Of a DNA stretch of 64,000 nt, positions 50,056 to 62,389 are shown one piece after another. A program made the translations under genes and the position numbers. The stretch lies in contig JBBRLQ010000005.1 in NCBI GenBank assembly GCA_038231275.1, positions 96,001 to 160,000 of the forward strand. Direction: 5' to 3'. How positions within the stretch are numbered: position 1 is the stretch's first letter; the number at the start of each line of letters is the position of its first letter. The notes beneath the pieces were generated by a model, which had not been told where the DNA came from, did not search any database, and saw only the letters and a list, made by a program, of their open reading frames with translations. The DNA is from Polyangiales bacterium (GTDB lineage Bacteria > Myxococcota_A > Polyangia > Polyangiales > Polyangiaceae).

Positions 50056-50853
50056 CTACTGGCAGTTGCCCGACACGCAGGTCGTGTTGCCGGGACACTG
50101 CGCGTCGTGATGGCACCCCGGAACGCACGCGCCGCTTTGGCAAATCATGCCGGAGCCGTCGTTGCCCGGGTTGCAGTCGCCGTCCGACGCGCAGCTCGCG
50201 CCGCCGCTGCTCGATGTCGAGGAGCCGCTGCTCGACGACGACGATCCACCGCTCGACGATCCGCCGCTCGACGACGAAGAACCGCCGCTTGAGGAACCTC
50301 CGCTCGACGACGACGACGACGACGACGATCCGCCGCCACTGCCGTCGCACGGGCCGACCGGCAAGCTCGTCACCTCGACGTGCACGACGTACTTGCCGGG
50401 ATGCGAGTGGATGTCGCTCCACCCGAGGCTCGACTCGCCGAAGAAGTAGCGTCCCAGCGCAGGGGAGGCGTCGAGGACCGCGATGCCGGCGTTCGACTCG
50501 ACGAAGCTCGCAGGCCCGGCGTCGGCGGTGCGCGCGACGGCGCACTTTCCGTTCGCCGTGATCATGAGGCGCTTGTTGCAGCCGTAGCGCTGGCTCGAGG
50601 CGACGTACCAGTCGCCGGCGTTGCGCGAGTTGCCGCCGCACGCGAGGGGCTGGAAGTCGCCGGGGCCGCCGAACGTGGTCATGCCGTAGGAGGTGTGGAT
50701 GCTCTTGCTCATCGCCTCCTCGCTCGCGGTGCCGGCGGTGCCCTCCAGAGGAGCGCCGCTGCAGTGGACCGACAGAACGGCGACGGCGGCGAGGGCGACC
50801 GGCGACAAGGCGCGAACGAAACGGCTGGAAACGTGCAATTTTACCATGATCAA
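50056..50853 (-). CDS. Secreted/lipoprotein with DPBB (RlpA/expansin-like) domain, Ser/Gly linker and Cys-rich tail
   Basis: Signal peptide + Cys; ACG, VARTADAGP and VLDAS motifs; poly-Ser/Gly linker; Cys-rich C-terminal module. Confidence 0.6.
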   Translation of the reverse strand: MIMVKLHVSSRFVRALSPVALAAVAVLSVHCSGAPLEGTAGTASEEAMSKSIHTSYGMTTFGGPGDFQPLACGGNSRNAGDWYVASSQRYGCNKRLMITANGKCAVARTADAGPASFVESNAGIAVLDASPALGRYFFGESSLGWSDIHSHPGKYVVHVEVTSLPVGPCDGSGGGSSSSSSSSSGGSSSGGSSSSSGGSSSGGSSSSSSGSSTSSSGGASCASDGDCNPGNDGSGMICQSGACVPGCHHDAQCPGNTTCVSGNCQ

Positions 50854-51145
50854 AGAGCCTCCACGGGGACGAGCTAGTCCAAGTTCCGTGCCTTCCGGTG
50901 CCGCTGTACAATGATGGTGGCGCGGCCCGAAATGGCGACGAACCTGGCGAAACGTGCGACCCGCGCGTCCGGGCAGGCGGATCCTTTTTGCACCGGGTGG
51001 TCACCCGCGCGCGACACGATCGGGCTCGGAGACGCGCCTCCGCGGACGATTCCAGTGGCACGCGCACGCCCGGGCCTCGCGGTTGGAAGATTCCTCAGCG
51101 CGCTCCGGTGTCGCTCCGGCATCGCGCTTGCTGAGGAGGTGGGAG

Positions 51146-52291
<1,146 letters not shown>

Positions 52292-52655
52292 AAAATCTGG
52301 TCGGTCGATCGTCCACCACCGCGACGGGTCGCCCGGATGTCGACGGGATGTGGCGAAATTCCCCGCGTCTCCCGGTCTCGCGCGCGTCGCGGAAGGTGTC
52401 GCGAAATCGGCCCGCGTACCGGGCTACCCATGACAGCGGTGCCACCCTCTGCAGGCCTCCGTGCGATTTTTCCCGCGGGCTTTTGTCGTGGCCGAGAAAT
52501 TGTGTACCCTCGGCCGCTGGTTCAAACTCAAATCGGGAAATGAAAAGACCGGAAGAATGGTTGGATGCTTTCCAGCCCTCCTCCGTCGATCAAAGGTCGG
52601 GCCGCCTCGATGGGGAGAGCGTCGATCAGCCCACAAACGAGAAGGAGAGCTTCGC

Positions 52656-53861
52656 ATGACGTCCAAGAGCTTTATCGGTCTGGCCCTCGCGGCCATGGCA
52701 CTGTCACCCGTGGCCCTCGAGGGCTGTAGCAGCAGCGGCAGCAATCCTCTGTGCTGCAACGAGTTCAAGGTCGGCGCCCAGGTGGACGTCAACATCGGCG
52801 GCACCGCCGCCAGCCAGGTCGCCGTCCAGGCCCTCGCAGACGTCGCCGGCATCGCCTCGGCGGCGATCGACAACCTCACGACGGCCTGCCGCGGAATCGC
52901 GACGGACCTCGGCGCGGCGCAGGCCGACCAGGACGCGGCCAACGCGTCGGGCGACAAGAACAAGATCATGAACGCGTGGTGCGGCCTCGCGGTCAAGTCG
53001 ATCAACGGCGCCCTCGCGGGCGGCGCGAAGGTCACGATCGACTTCCAGGCTCCGGTTTGCCAGGCGTCGGTCAGCGCGAAGCTCGACTGCCAGGCGAAGT
53101 GCTCCGGCACCGCAAAGTGTGATTTCAAGGCCAACCCCCCGATGTGTACCGGTGGCAGCCTGGAAGTCGACTGCAAGGGCAGCTGCACGGCGAACGCCGG
53201 CGCGACCCTGAACTGCGAGGGCTCGTGCGACGCAGAGTGTACCGGTTCGTGTACCGCGCAGGGCGGTATCAAGTGCGCCGGCAAGTGCGAAGGCACCTGC
53301 GAGGGTGCTGGCGGCGCCGGCACCAGCGGCGTCGATGCTAGCGGCAATTGCCAGGGCACTTGCAAGGGGACGTGCAGCGTCACGCCCCCCGGCGTCACCT
53401 GCACAGGGTCCTGCAAGGGCGGCTGCAAAGGGAGCTGCAAAGGCTCCGCGACTGCATCCGTCAAGTGCGACGGCAAGTGCGACGCGGACTTCACCCCGAT
53501 CTCGTGCTCGGGCGGCAAGCTCGAGGGGGGCTGCAAAGTCGACGCGAAGTGCGACGCGAACTGCAACGGCAGCGTCCAGGCGAAGGCCGAGTGCACGCCG
53601 GCGAAGCTCGCGATCAAGGCGAGCGCCGACGGCCTCGTCAAGCTCGTCGCTACGCTCGAGGCGAACCTCCCGCTCATCTTCGACATCAAGTTGCGCTTCC
53701 AGGCGATCGCAAAGCTCGCGGGCAACATCGACGTGTCGGCGGCGACCGACATCAAGGCCGCCTGCATCCCGCCGGTCATCGCCGCGGCCGCCCAGGCGGT
53801 CTCGGACCTCGGCGACGCGACCAGCGCGTCGGTCAGCGTGACCGCCAGCGTCGGTCAGTGA
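52656..53861 (+). CDS. Cys-rich (CxGxC-repeat) lipoprotein
   Basis: AAGGAG RBS, lipobox LEGC, about 34 Cys. Confidence 0.85.
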   Translation: MTSKSFIGLALAAMALSPVALEGCSSSGSNPLCCNEFKVGAQVDVNIGGTAASQVAVQALADVAGIASAAIDNLTTACRGIATDLGAAQADQDAANASGDKNKIMNAWCGLAVKSINGALAGGAKVTIDFQAPVCQASVSAKLDCQAKCSGTAKCDFKANPPMCTGGSLEVDCKGSCTANAGATLNCEGSCDAECTGSCTAQGGIKCAGKCEGTCEGAGGAGTSGVDASGNCQGTCKGTCSVTPPGVTCTGSCKGGCKGSCKGSATASVKCDGKCDADFTPISCSGGKLEGGCKVDAKCDANCNGSVQAKAECTPAKLAIKASADGLVKLVATLEANLPLIFDIKLRFQAIAKLAGNIDVSAATDIKAACIPPVIAAAAQAVSDLGDATSASVSVTASVGQ

Positions 53862-53909
53862 TCGGCTAACGCCGAAAGCGCCCGCGCGAGCGGACGTGAC
53901 CGGCGAGAC

Positions 53910-53955
53910 GAGGCGACGGGCTTCTTCGTAGGAAGGGGCCCGTCGTTTCCTTTTT
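53910..53955 (+). terminator. Intrinsic terminator
   Basis: GCGACGGGCTTCTTC-GTAG-GAAGGGGCCCGTCGT stem (with G-U pairs) followed by TTCCTTTTT. Confidence 0.8.
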
Positions 53956-53981
53956 GGGGGTAGAGAATCAAGAAGGTCCCC

Positions 53982-54419
53982 ATGCGCTTCGCCCGTACGG
54001 CTTCGCTTTCGCTCGCGCTCGGTCTGTCGTGCCTCGCTGGCGCGCCTGCATGCAGCAGCGCGTCGTCGTCTTCCACGATGACGCCCACCACCAACGGCGT
54101 GAACGACGTCCTCAAGGCCTGCCAGATCCGCGCGACCTGGACGAACGCGTCGTCGACCCCTTGCACCAACTGCATCGGCAATTCGCTGGCGCCGCGCTGC
54201 CCCTGCTCGGACCACGACTACGCAGGCGCGTGCAGCGACCAGAACACGGCGAGGAACAAAGAGCCGACGTGCGACGGCACCGCCGACTGCGTCACCAAGT
54301 GCGCCCATGGCGACTGCGCGTGCGTCGACGCGTGCTACGCAAGCAAGGCCGCCTGCCGCACGCTGGCCTCCGCGGCAGACGGCTGCGTCGCGGAGATTTG
54401 CGTGCAGTACTGCAAGTGA
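53982..54419 (+). CDS. Small Cys-rich lipoprotein
   Basis: Signal peptide ending APAC; repeated CxxC/CxxxC. Confidence 0.75.
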   Translation: MRFARTASLSLALGLSCLAGAPACSSASSSSTMTPTTNGVNDVLKACQIRATWTNASSTPCTNCIGNSLAPRCPCSDHDYAGACSDQNTARNKEPTCDGTADCVTKCAHGDCACVDACYASKAACRTLASAADGCVAEICVQYCK

Positions 54420-54462
54420 GCGGGTGACGGCCCCGCGGCCGCCCCTCTGCTACGATCCTCCC

Positions 54463-55074
54463 ATGGTCGCCGCGTCCACCCTGCCCGAGCCCGAGCCGTC
54501 GGAGAGCTCCGACCAGCGCGTTTTTCTGCATGGGCGCACGTGGTCGGAGTTCGAGATCCTGCTCGCGGTCCGGGGCGACCAGGCGGGCGTGCGGATGTTC
54601 TACGCGGACGGGGAAATCGAGCTCATGAGCCCTTCGGAGAGCCACGAAGCGATCAAGAAGACCATCGCGCGTCTGGTCGAAGCATATGCGGACGAGCGAG
54701 GGCTGGAGTTCAACGGCTTCGGCTCGTGGACGCTGAAGAGCGCACCGAAGGAACGCGGCGCCGAGCCCGACGAGTGCTACGTGGTCGGGGCGACGAACAA
54801 GGCGAAACCCGATCTCGTCATCGAGGTCGTGTGGTCGCGGGGCGGGCTCGACAAGCGGTCGCTCTACGCGGGGCTCGGCATCGGCGAGCTGTGGATCTGG
54901 ACGCGTCCCGGGAAAATTTCCGTCTACGTTCTTCGCGGCAATGCTTACGAGGAAGTCGCGAAGAGTGAGGCTCTCCCGGGCATCGAGCTCGACGTGCTCG
55001 CAGGGTTCGTCGGGATGCCGAGCCAGAGCCAGGCCGTTCGCGCCTACCGCGCCGCGCTTCGAGCGCGCGTGTAG
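54463..55074 (+). CDS. Uma2-family endonuclease
   Basis: IELMSPS..HE, GAEPDECY, PDLVIEV and LYAGLGIGELW. Confidence 0.88.
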   Translation: MVAASTLPEPEPSESSDQRVFLHGRTWSEFEILLAVRGDQAGVRMFYADGEIELMSPSESHEAIKKTIARLVEAYADERGLEFNGFGSWTLKSAPKERGAEPDECYVVGATNKAKPDLVIEVVWSRGGLDKRSLYAGLGIGELWIWTRPGKISVYVLRGNAYEEVAKSEALPGIELDVLAGFVGMPSQSQAVRAYRAALRARV

Positions 55075-55214
55075 CATCGTCTCGCACGCGGCGGCGCAGC
55101 ACCGTGTGCAGACCGCTCCCTGACGAGCGTGCACGTCGCGTGCACCGGCTGCACTCGGGCGCGGCCAGCTCGTTGATCCCACAATCGGTCCAGGCCTTGC
55201 TGTAGCAGCCGTTC

Positions 55215-57275
55215 ATGACCCGCGTGGCACGCGCTCGGATCGGCATCGTGAAGGGCTCCGAGCGGACGCTCGCGCGCTACGCGAGCGACGCCGCGGCGCT
55301 TGGTGGGCTCGTCGTGCCGGCGTCGTGTCCCGGTTTGCCCTACGCCGCGGCGCACGCGCTCCTCGCCGCGTTGTGCGAGCGCACCGGGAGCGTCGTGGAC
55401 GCGCCGACGCCTGGATCGTCGACGATAGGGCGCGCGATGTTGCCGCGCGCAGACGCGACGGACGGCGATCGCGTCGACGCGTGGCAGCAGGCGCTCGCAT
55501 TCGCGCTCGATGGGGAGAAGGGGCCGGTCATCGTCCACGCGCGGCGGATCGATCTGTCGAGCCTGCGCCTCCTGCGCCCGACGTGGCGACGGGCGTGCGC
55601 GCCGCCGCTGCTCGTCGTGCTAGACGCGCCGCTCCCTACGGAGGACGAAGTCGATCCGATCGCGCGCGTGCTCCAAGAGCGGGTGGGGGAGGAGATTGCG
55701 CAGCTACGCGCGCTTCCGTGGGCGCGGCGCGAGCTGTTGACCGACACCGACGTCTTCCGGCGCGAGCCGCCGCGCGCGGCCGAGCCCGCGGCCGGCACGG
55801 TGGATGACGTGCGCCGTGCGTTCGCCGAGCACGCGTTCGACGCCGCGCTGCTCCTCGGGAGGACCCTCCTCGATCGCGCCGGCGAGCTCGCACCTCGCGA
55901 TCGCGCCGAGCTCCACGCGATGTGCGCGCTCTCCGCGGCGTCCGTGGGCGCCGCGTCGCTCGAGACCTTCGTCGAGCACCATCTGCGCGCCGCGCTCGGT
56001 GGAGGCCTCGGCGCCGCGGACCGCGCGTCGATCCTCTTCGCGCAATGCGCGGCGATGCCCTCGCTCGAGTCCGCGCGTCGTGCGATCGAGGCGGCGCGCC
56101 GTGTCCCGCCGGCGACGGGTCGGTACCTGGAGGCATGGGGTCGACGTGCGCGCGCCGAGGAGCTCGCGATCGCAGGGCGCATCGAGGACGCGATCGACGA
56201 TCTCGAGGAGGGCGTCGCGCTCCTCTCGTCGGCGGCGCTCGACCTGCCGGAGCCGGAGATTCACCGCACGCAGCACCTCCTCGCGCTCGACTTGTCGCGC
56301 GCGAACGCCGCGCGTGGAGACGCCGACGGGGCCGCGGGGTGGCGCGCACAGGCCTCCGCGTGCGCCGCGCTCCTGCCCGTGGGGTGGACGCTCCCGCGCG
56401 TCCCCTTGGATCTGAAGTTGGAACGGTCGCGGCTCGGCGACGCGATCGCCGAGCGCGAGGCATGCGCCGCCCGCGCGCGCTCGGAATGGGATCCGGTCGC
56501 CGAGTCGGCGTACCTGCGCGAGCTCTCGGCGCTTCATGCGTGCCGCGGCGAGGCGACACGATCCCACGCGTGCGCGCGTCTCGCGAAGCGCATCGCCGAG
56601 GCCTCGCGCGCCTGCCCCGCGGCGCTCCTGATCGCCGAGCTGACGTGCGCGCAGGCCGCGTTTCGTGCGGGAAAGCTCGAGTCGGCGGCGGCCGCGGTGG
56701 AGTCGGCGCTGGGAGCCGTCGCGACGAGCGCGGACGAGGCGGACCTGCACGGGATGCTCGCGTGCATCGCCGCCAAGCGCGGCCAGACGTCGCGCGCGGA
56801 GGACTCGAGCCTCGAAGCGCTGGCCCGCCTCGACGCGAACGCGCCGGCCGACGTCGCCGCGAGCGTGCTCGTGCGGGTGGGTGAGGCGTACCTCCTCCTC
56901 GGCCGCGCCGACGCCGCGCGCCGGGTCTTCGCGCTGGCGCTCGGATGGTCGGACGCGCTGACGCACGATCTCATCGGCCCGGCCGATCGCCTCTCGCTCC
57001 TGCTCGGCATGTGGGCGACCGGCGCGCGCGACCGCGAGCTCATCGACGACGCGCTCGGCTGCGCGAGCGAAGCGCTGCTCGATCCGGACGCGTGGTGGCA
57101 GCTGCCGCGCCTCCTCGAGATGATCGAAGGGGTCTACCTCGACGTCGACGACGCGCTGCTCGAGGTGGTCGTCGAGATCCGCCACCTGGCAGCGCAGCGT
57201 CGCACTAGCGATTGGCCACCGTCAGAGCGTCTGCACTCCGAGCAGCCACAAAAGAAGGCCCTTCTGTACGTGTAG
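55215..57275 (+). CDS. Hypothetical Ala-rich helical/TPR-like protein
   Basis: 686-aa ORF with GC-type codon usage and helical-repeat character; overlaps the argF 3' end. Confidence 0.55.
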   Translation: MTRVARARIGIVKGSERTLARYASDAAALGGLVVPASCPGLPYAAAHALLAALCERTGSVVDAPTPGSSTIGRAMLPRADATDGDRVDAWQQALAFALDGEKGPVIVHARRIDLSSLRLLRPTWRRACAPPLLVVLDAPLPTEDEVDPIARVLQERVGEEIAQLRALPWARRELLTDTDVFRREPPRAAEPAAGTVDDVRRAFAEHAFDAALLLGRTLLDRAGELAPRDRAELHAMCALSAASVGAASLETFVEHHLRAALGGGLGAADRASILFAQCAAMPSLESARRAIEAARRVPPATGRYLEAWGRRARAEELAIAGRIEDAIDDLEEGVALLSSAALDLPEPEIHRTQHLLALDLSRANAARGDADGAAGWRAQASACAALLPVGWTLPRVPLDLKLERSRLGDAIAEREACAARARSEWDPVAESAYLRELSALHACRGEATRSHACARLAKRIAEASRACPAALLIAELTCAQAAFRAGKLESAAAAVESALGAVATSADEADLHGMLACIAAKRGQTSRAEDSSLEALARLDANAPADVAASVLVRVGEAYLLLGRADAARRVFALALGWSDALTHDLIGPADRLSLLLGMWATGARDRELIDDALGCASEALLDPDAWWQLPRLLEMIEGVYLDVDDALLEVVVEIRHLAAQRRTSDWPPSERLHSEQPQKKALLYV

Positions 57276-58148
57276 ACGGTTCTCGGCCTGGTCCCAGACG
57301 CGCGAGCGCGGTCCTTCGAGCGTCGCCTCGGCGATCTCCTCGCCGCGGTGCGCGGGCAAACAATGGAGCACGATGGCGCCCGCCGTCGCGCGCGCGAGCA
57401 TCGCGTCGTCCACCATCCAGCCCGATAGCGCGGTAAGGCGCGCGTGCGCCTCTTCTTCTTGGCCCATGCTCGTCCACACGTCGGTGTTCACGATGTCGAC
57501 GCCGTCGAGCGCCGTCTTCGGATCGTGGCGCTTCGTGACGCGTGCGCCGGCGCGCGCGAGCTCCTCCTTCGGCGGCATGAACTCTTCGGGGCCTGCGAGG
57601 ACCAGCTTGAAATCGAACAGCTCCGCCGCCTCGACCCACGAGCGCGCCATGTTGCTCGAGCAGTCGCCCACGAATCCCACGCATTTGCCGGCGATCGACG
57701 CATTGGTGGCCTCCTCGATCGTGAACACGTCGCAGAGGACCTGCACGGGGTGACCGTCGTCGGAGAGCGCGTTGATGACCGGGCCGCTCGAGTACGTCGC
57801 CATCTCGCGGAGGCGCGACGTTGCGTACGTGCGGTAGACGATCGCGTCGCAATAGCGCGAGAGGACGCGGGCTGTGTCTTTGAGCGGCTCGCCGCGTCCG
57901 AGCTGGCTGCCCTGGATGCCGAGCACCACCGGCGCTCCGCCGAGCTGCGCCACGCCGACTTCGAACGAGACGCGTGTCCGCGTGCTGGCCTTCTCGAGGA
58001 GGATCGCCACCGAACGGCCGCGCAGGAGCTCCGTGCGGCGCCCCTTGGGCTCGTGCTTCATCGTCGTCGTGAGCGCGTAGATCTCGCGCGCCTCGGCGTG
58101 GGACAGATCGAGCAGCGAAAGGAAATCTCGTTTTCGGGGTGCCGTCAT
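57222..58148 (-). CDS. argF: Ornithine carbamoyltransferase
   Basis: STRTRVSFE, HPVQ, TDVWTSMG, HCLPAHRG and QAENRLH. Confidence 0.95.
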   Translation of the reverse strand: MTAPRKRDFLSLLDLSHAEAREIYALTTTMKHEPKGRRTELLRGRSVAILLEKASTRTRVSFEVGVAQLGGAPVVLGIQGSQLGRGEPLKDTARVLSRYCDAIVYRTYATSRLREMATYSSGPVINALSDDGHPVQVLCDVFTIEEATNASIAGKCVGFVGDCSSNMARSWVEAAELFDFKLVLAGPEEFMPPKEELARAGARVTKRHDPKTALDGVDIVNTDVWTSMGQEEEAHARLTALSGWMVDDAMLARATAGAIVLHCLPAHRGEEIAEATLEGPRSRVWDQAENRLHVQKGLLLWLLGVQTL

Positions 58149-59584
58149 CACAATGCCTCGTCCTCGATGCCGCGGGCCAGCGCTGCCGCGGAGAATCCGC
58201 CTGCCTCGCCGGCCTTCGTGAGCGCCTCCGCGCGCGCGCGCAGATGAGTGAGCTGCGCGGCGACCGAGCGGGGTCCGGTGCCGCCAGGGCTCTCCTTTGC
58301 CGCGACCGCGCGCGCCGGATCCAAGACGGCCAACGCCGCGGCGTCGAGCTCCGGATGGATCGCCATCGCGCGATCGCCCATCGCCGTCAGCGGCTCGCTG
58401 GCCTCCAGCGCCGCACGCACGAGCGCGCCGACCGCCTTGTACGCCTCCCGAAACGGCACGCCTCGAAGCACGAGCGCCTCGGCGAGATCGGTCGCCTGCG
58501 TGAAGCCGTCGGCCAGCGCCGCACGACCGCGCGCGCCGTCGAACGAAACGTGGGGCAAGCACAACGTCAGCGCACGCAGCGCCCCCCGCGCGCGGGGACC
58601 GGCCTCGAGGAGCGCGCGGCGATCTTCCTGCTGGTCGCGGTTGTAGCCGCTGGCCAGCCCCTTCACGAGCGTCAGCATGTGCACGACGTCGGCGACAGCC
58701 GCCGCGGACTTTCCGCGCGCGAGCTCGAAGATGTCCGGGTTCTTCTTCTGCGGCATCATCGACGAGCCCGCCGCGATCTCGCCGCCGAGGCGCACGAGGC
58801 CGAACTCGCTCGTCGACATGTCCACGACGTCCGCCGCGAGCTTCCCTACGGCGAGGACCACGCGCGCGGCGCCCCACACCAAATCAAGGGCAAATCCCCG
58901 GTCGCCAACGGTGTCGAGCGCGTTCACGCTGAGGCGATCGAACCGCAGCAGGCGCCGCACCAACTCGCGATCGATCGGGAGGCTCGTCCCCGAGCACGCG
59001 CCCGATCCGAGCGGCAGCTCGTTCGTTCGTTCCAGCGCGAACGCGACCGTCTCCGCCGCGCGCACCAGATCGCTCGCCCACGCCGCCATCAGGAACGCGC
59101 CGCTGATCGGCTGCGCGCGCTGCCGGTGGGTGTACGCCGGAAGAAGCACGTCGATCTCACGCGTCGCGCGCTCGGTCAGATCGCTGGCGAGCCGCCCCGC
59201 CGCCGCCAGCGTCGCCGCCGCCTCCTCGCGCGCGAACAGCCGAAGATCGAGCGCCACCTGATCGTTGCGCGACCGCGCCGTGTGCAACCGACCCGCGACG
59301 GCCGGTCCGAGGCGACGCGTCAGCTCCGCCTCCACCGCCATGTGCACGTCCTCTTCGTGCCCCTCCGCGACGCCTTGCCCCGCCGCCATCGCGAGCAGCT
59401 CTCGTCGCAGCGCCCGCGCGTCGTCCAGCGGTACGAGGCCGGTCTTGCCGAGCATCGTCACGTGCGCTGCGCTCCCGACCACGTCGTGCGCGAAAAACGC
59501 TCGATCCTCGGCGAACGACGACGACCAGTCGACCAGCTCCGGCAGCATGGCAGTCCCGGTGGCGTCGGTGCGCGCGATGCCCAT
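58148..59584 (-). CDS. argH: Argininosuccinate lyase
   Basis: EDVH, HTARSRNDQ, YTH.QRAQP and GSSMMPQKKNP. Confidence 0.95.
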   Translation of the reverse strand: MGIARTDATGTAMLPELVDWSSSFAEDRAFFAHDVVGSAAHVTMLGKTGLVPLDDARALRRELLAMAAGQGVAEGHEEDVHMAVEAELTRRLGPAVAGRLHTARSRNDQVALDLRLFAREEAAATLAAAGRLASDLTERATREIDVLLPAYTHRQRAQPISGAFLMAAWASDLVRAAETVAFALERTNELPLGSGACSGTSLPIDRELVRRLLRFDRLSVNALDTVGDRGFALDLVWGAARVVLAVGKLAADVVDMSTSEFGLVRLGGEIAAGSSMMPQKKNPDIFELARGKSAAAVADVVHMLTLVKGLASGYNRDQQEDRRALLEAGPRARGALRALTLCLPHVSFDGARGRAALADGFTQATDLAEALVLRGVPFREAYKAVGALVRAALEASEPLTAMGDRAMAIHPELDAAALAVLDPARAVAAKESPGGTGPRSVAAQLTHLRARAEALTKAGEAGGFSAAALARGIEDEAL

Positions 59585-59652
59585 GGCCCCTCACGTATCC
59601 CAAGGCGACCGCCGAATCCAGCGCCAGCGCCGCGCTTGCGCCGTCGCCGGCA

Positions 59653-61639
<1,987 letters not shown>

Positions 61640-61803
61640 CCGCGCGCCACATCTCGACCTGACTCGGGAGATCCACCCCCTGGGCCATTTGAGAGGTTGT
61701 TCGTCTGCGCCTGCACGCGAATCCGGTGGGAGGCGACCCCACCTTCGAACGCTGGGAGGCTCTCCTTTCCACTGGAGCTGCTCGTGCGCGCGCTCGCTCG
61801 ACG

Positions 61804-61818
61804 TGGCCCGCACCTTGC
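61804..61818 (+). promoter_or_regulatory. Sigma54 -24/-12 promoter
   Basis: TGGCCCG-CACC-TTGC versus consensus TGGCACG-N4-TTGC; GGAGG RBS 14 nt downstream. Confidence 0.75.
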
Positions 61819-61843
61819 GATGCATGGGAATCGGAGGATGCAG

Positions 61844-62182
61844 ATGAAGACCCCGAAGTTCCAGGTGATCGAGCTCGATGCGCTTGAGCGCGTCTCTGGT
61901 GGCATGAACCTGGATGGGCTCCCCTTGAGCGACAACATCGAGGACCGGCGCCCGCAATCGGACGGAGGCCCGGTCCCCGACGCCGAGTGGCAAGCCGAGC
62001 AGAACGGCTACAACAACTCGTGCTTCACCGGCGCCGACGGGCAGGAGTACTCCGGCGATCCGAGCGGCGGCCCCGCGCAACCGATGGATGTCGGTGGCGA
62101 TGGCGGCGGCGGTGACGGCGGCAGTGGCGGAGACGGCGGCGGTGGCGGAGATGGCGGCGGTGGCGACGGGGGCGGCGAATGA
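61844..62182 (+). CDS. Putative double-glycine-leader precursor peptide with Gly/Asp tail
   Basis: GGAGG RBS; MKTPKFQVIELDALERVSGG followed by MNLDGLPLSDNIEDRR. Confidence 0.7.
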   Translation: MKTPKFQVIELDALERVSGGMNLDGLPLSDNIEDRRPQSDGGPVPDAEWQAEQNGYNNSCFTGADGQEYSGDPSGGPAQPMDVGGDGGGGDGGSGGDGGGGGDGGGGDGGGE

Positions 62183-62337
62183 GCACCGTGACCTTGCCCG
62201 GTCAGTTCGGCTACGTCGATCTCGACGATCTCGACTTGGTCAGCGACGACGATGCGGACGAGCTCCACTCCTTCGAGAGCGCGCTCGCCGACATGCCCCG
62301 CTCCGAGCCACCGCGCTCGTGTCCTCCGGAGGGCTAG
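62179..62337 (+). CDS. 52-aa acidic peptide, translationally coupled to the upstream ORF
   Basis: ATGA overlap; MSTVTLPGQFGYVDLDDLDLVSDDDADELHSFESALADMPRSEPPRSCPPEG. Confidence 0.5.
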   Translation: MSTVTLPGQFGYVDLDDLDLVSDDDADELHSFESALADMPRSEPPRSCPPEG

Positions 62338-62389
62338 GCTCTACGAGAAGCTTCGCCGCCTCGCGGAGAAAGAAGCGCGCTCGCCGTGG

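Noticed and set aside
50200-50345. GAC/CCG tandem repeats resembling an array
   Set aside because: Encode the Ser/Gly linker of the minus-strand protein; no repeat-spacer structure
52489-52503. Sigma54-like TGGCCGA-GAAA-TTGT upstream of the Cys-rich lipoprotein
   Set aside because: The -12 dinucleotide is GT, not GC; too weak to call
61640-61800. Possible glycine-riboswitch-like words (GGAGA, CGAAG, CTCTCA) on the minus strand
   Set aside because: Spacing and pairing do not fit, and no suitably oriented downstream gene; more likely an upstream activator region
62095-62178. GGCGGC-rich repeats
   Set aside because: Coding Gly/Asp tail of the peptide, not CRISPR
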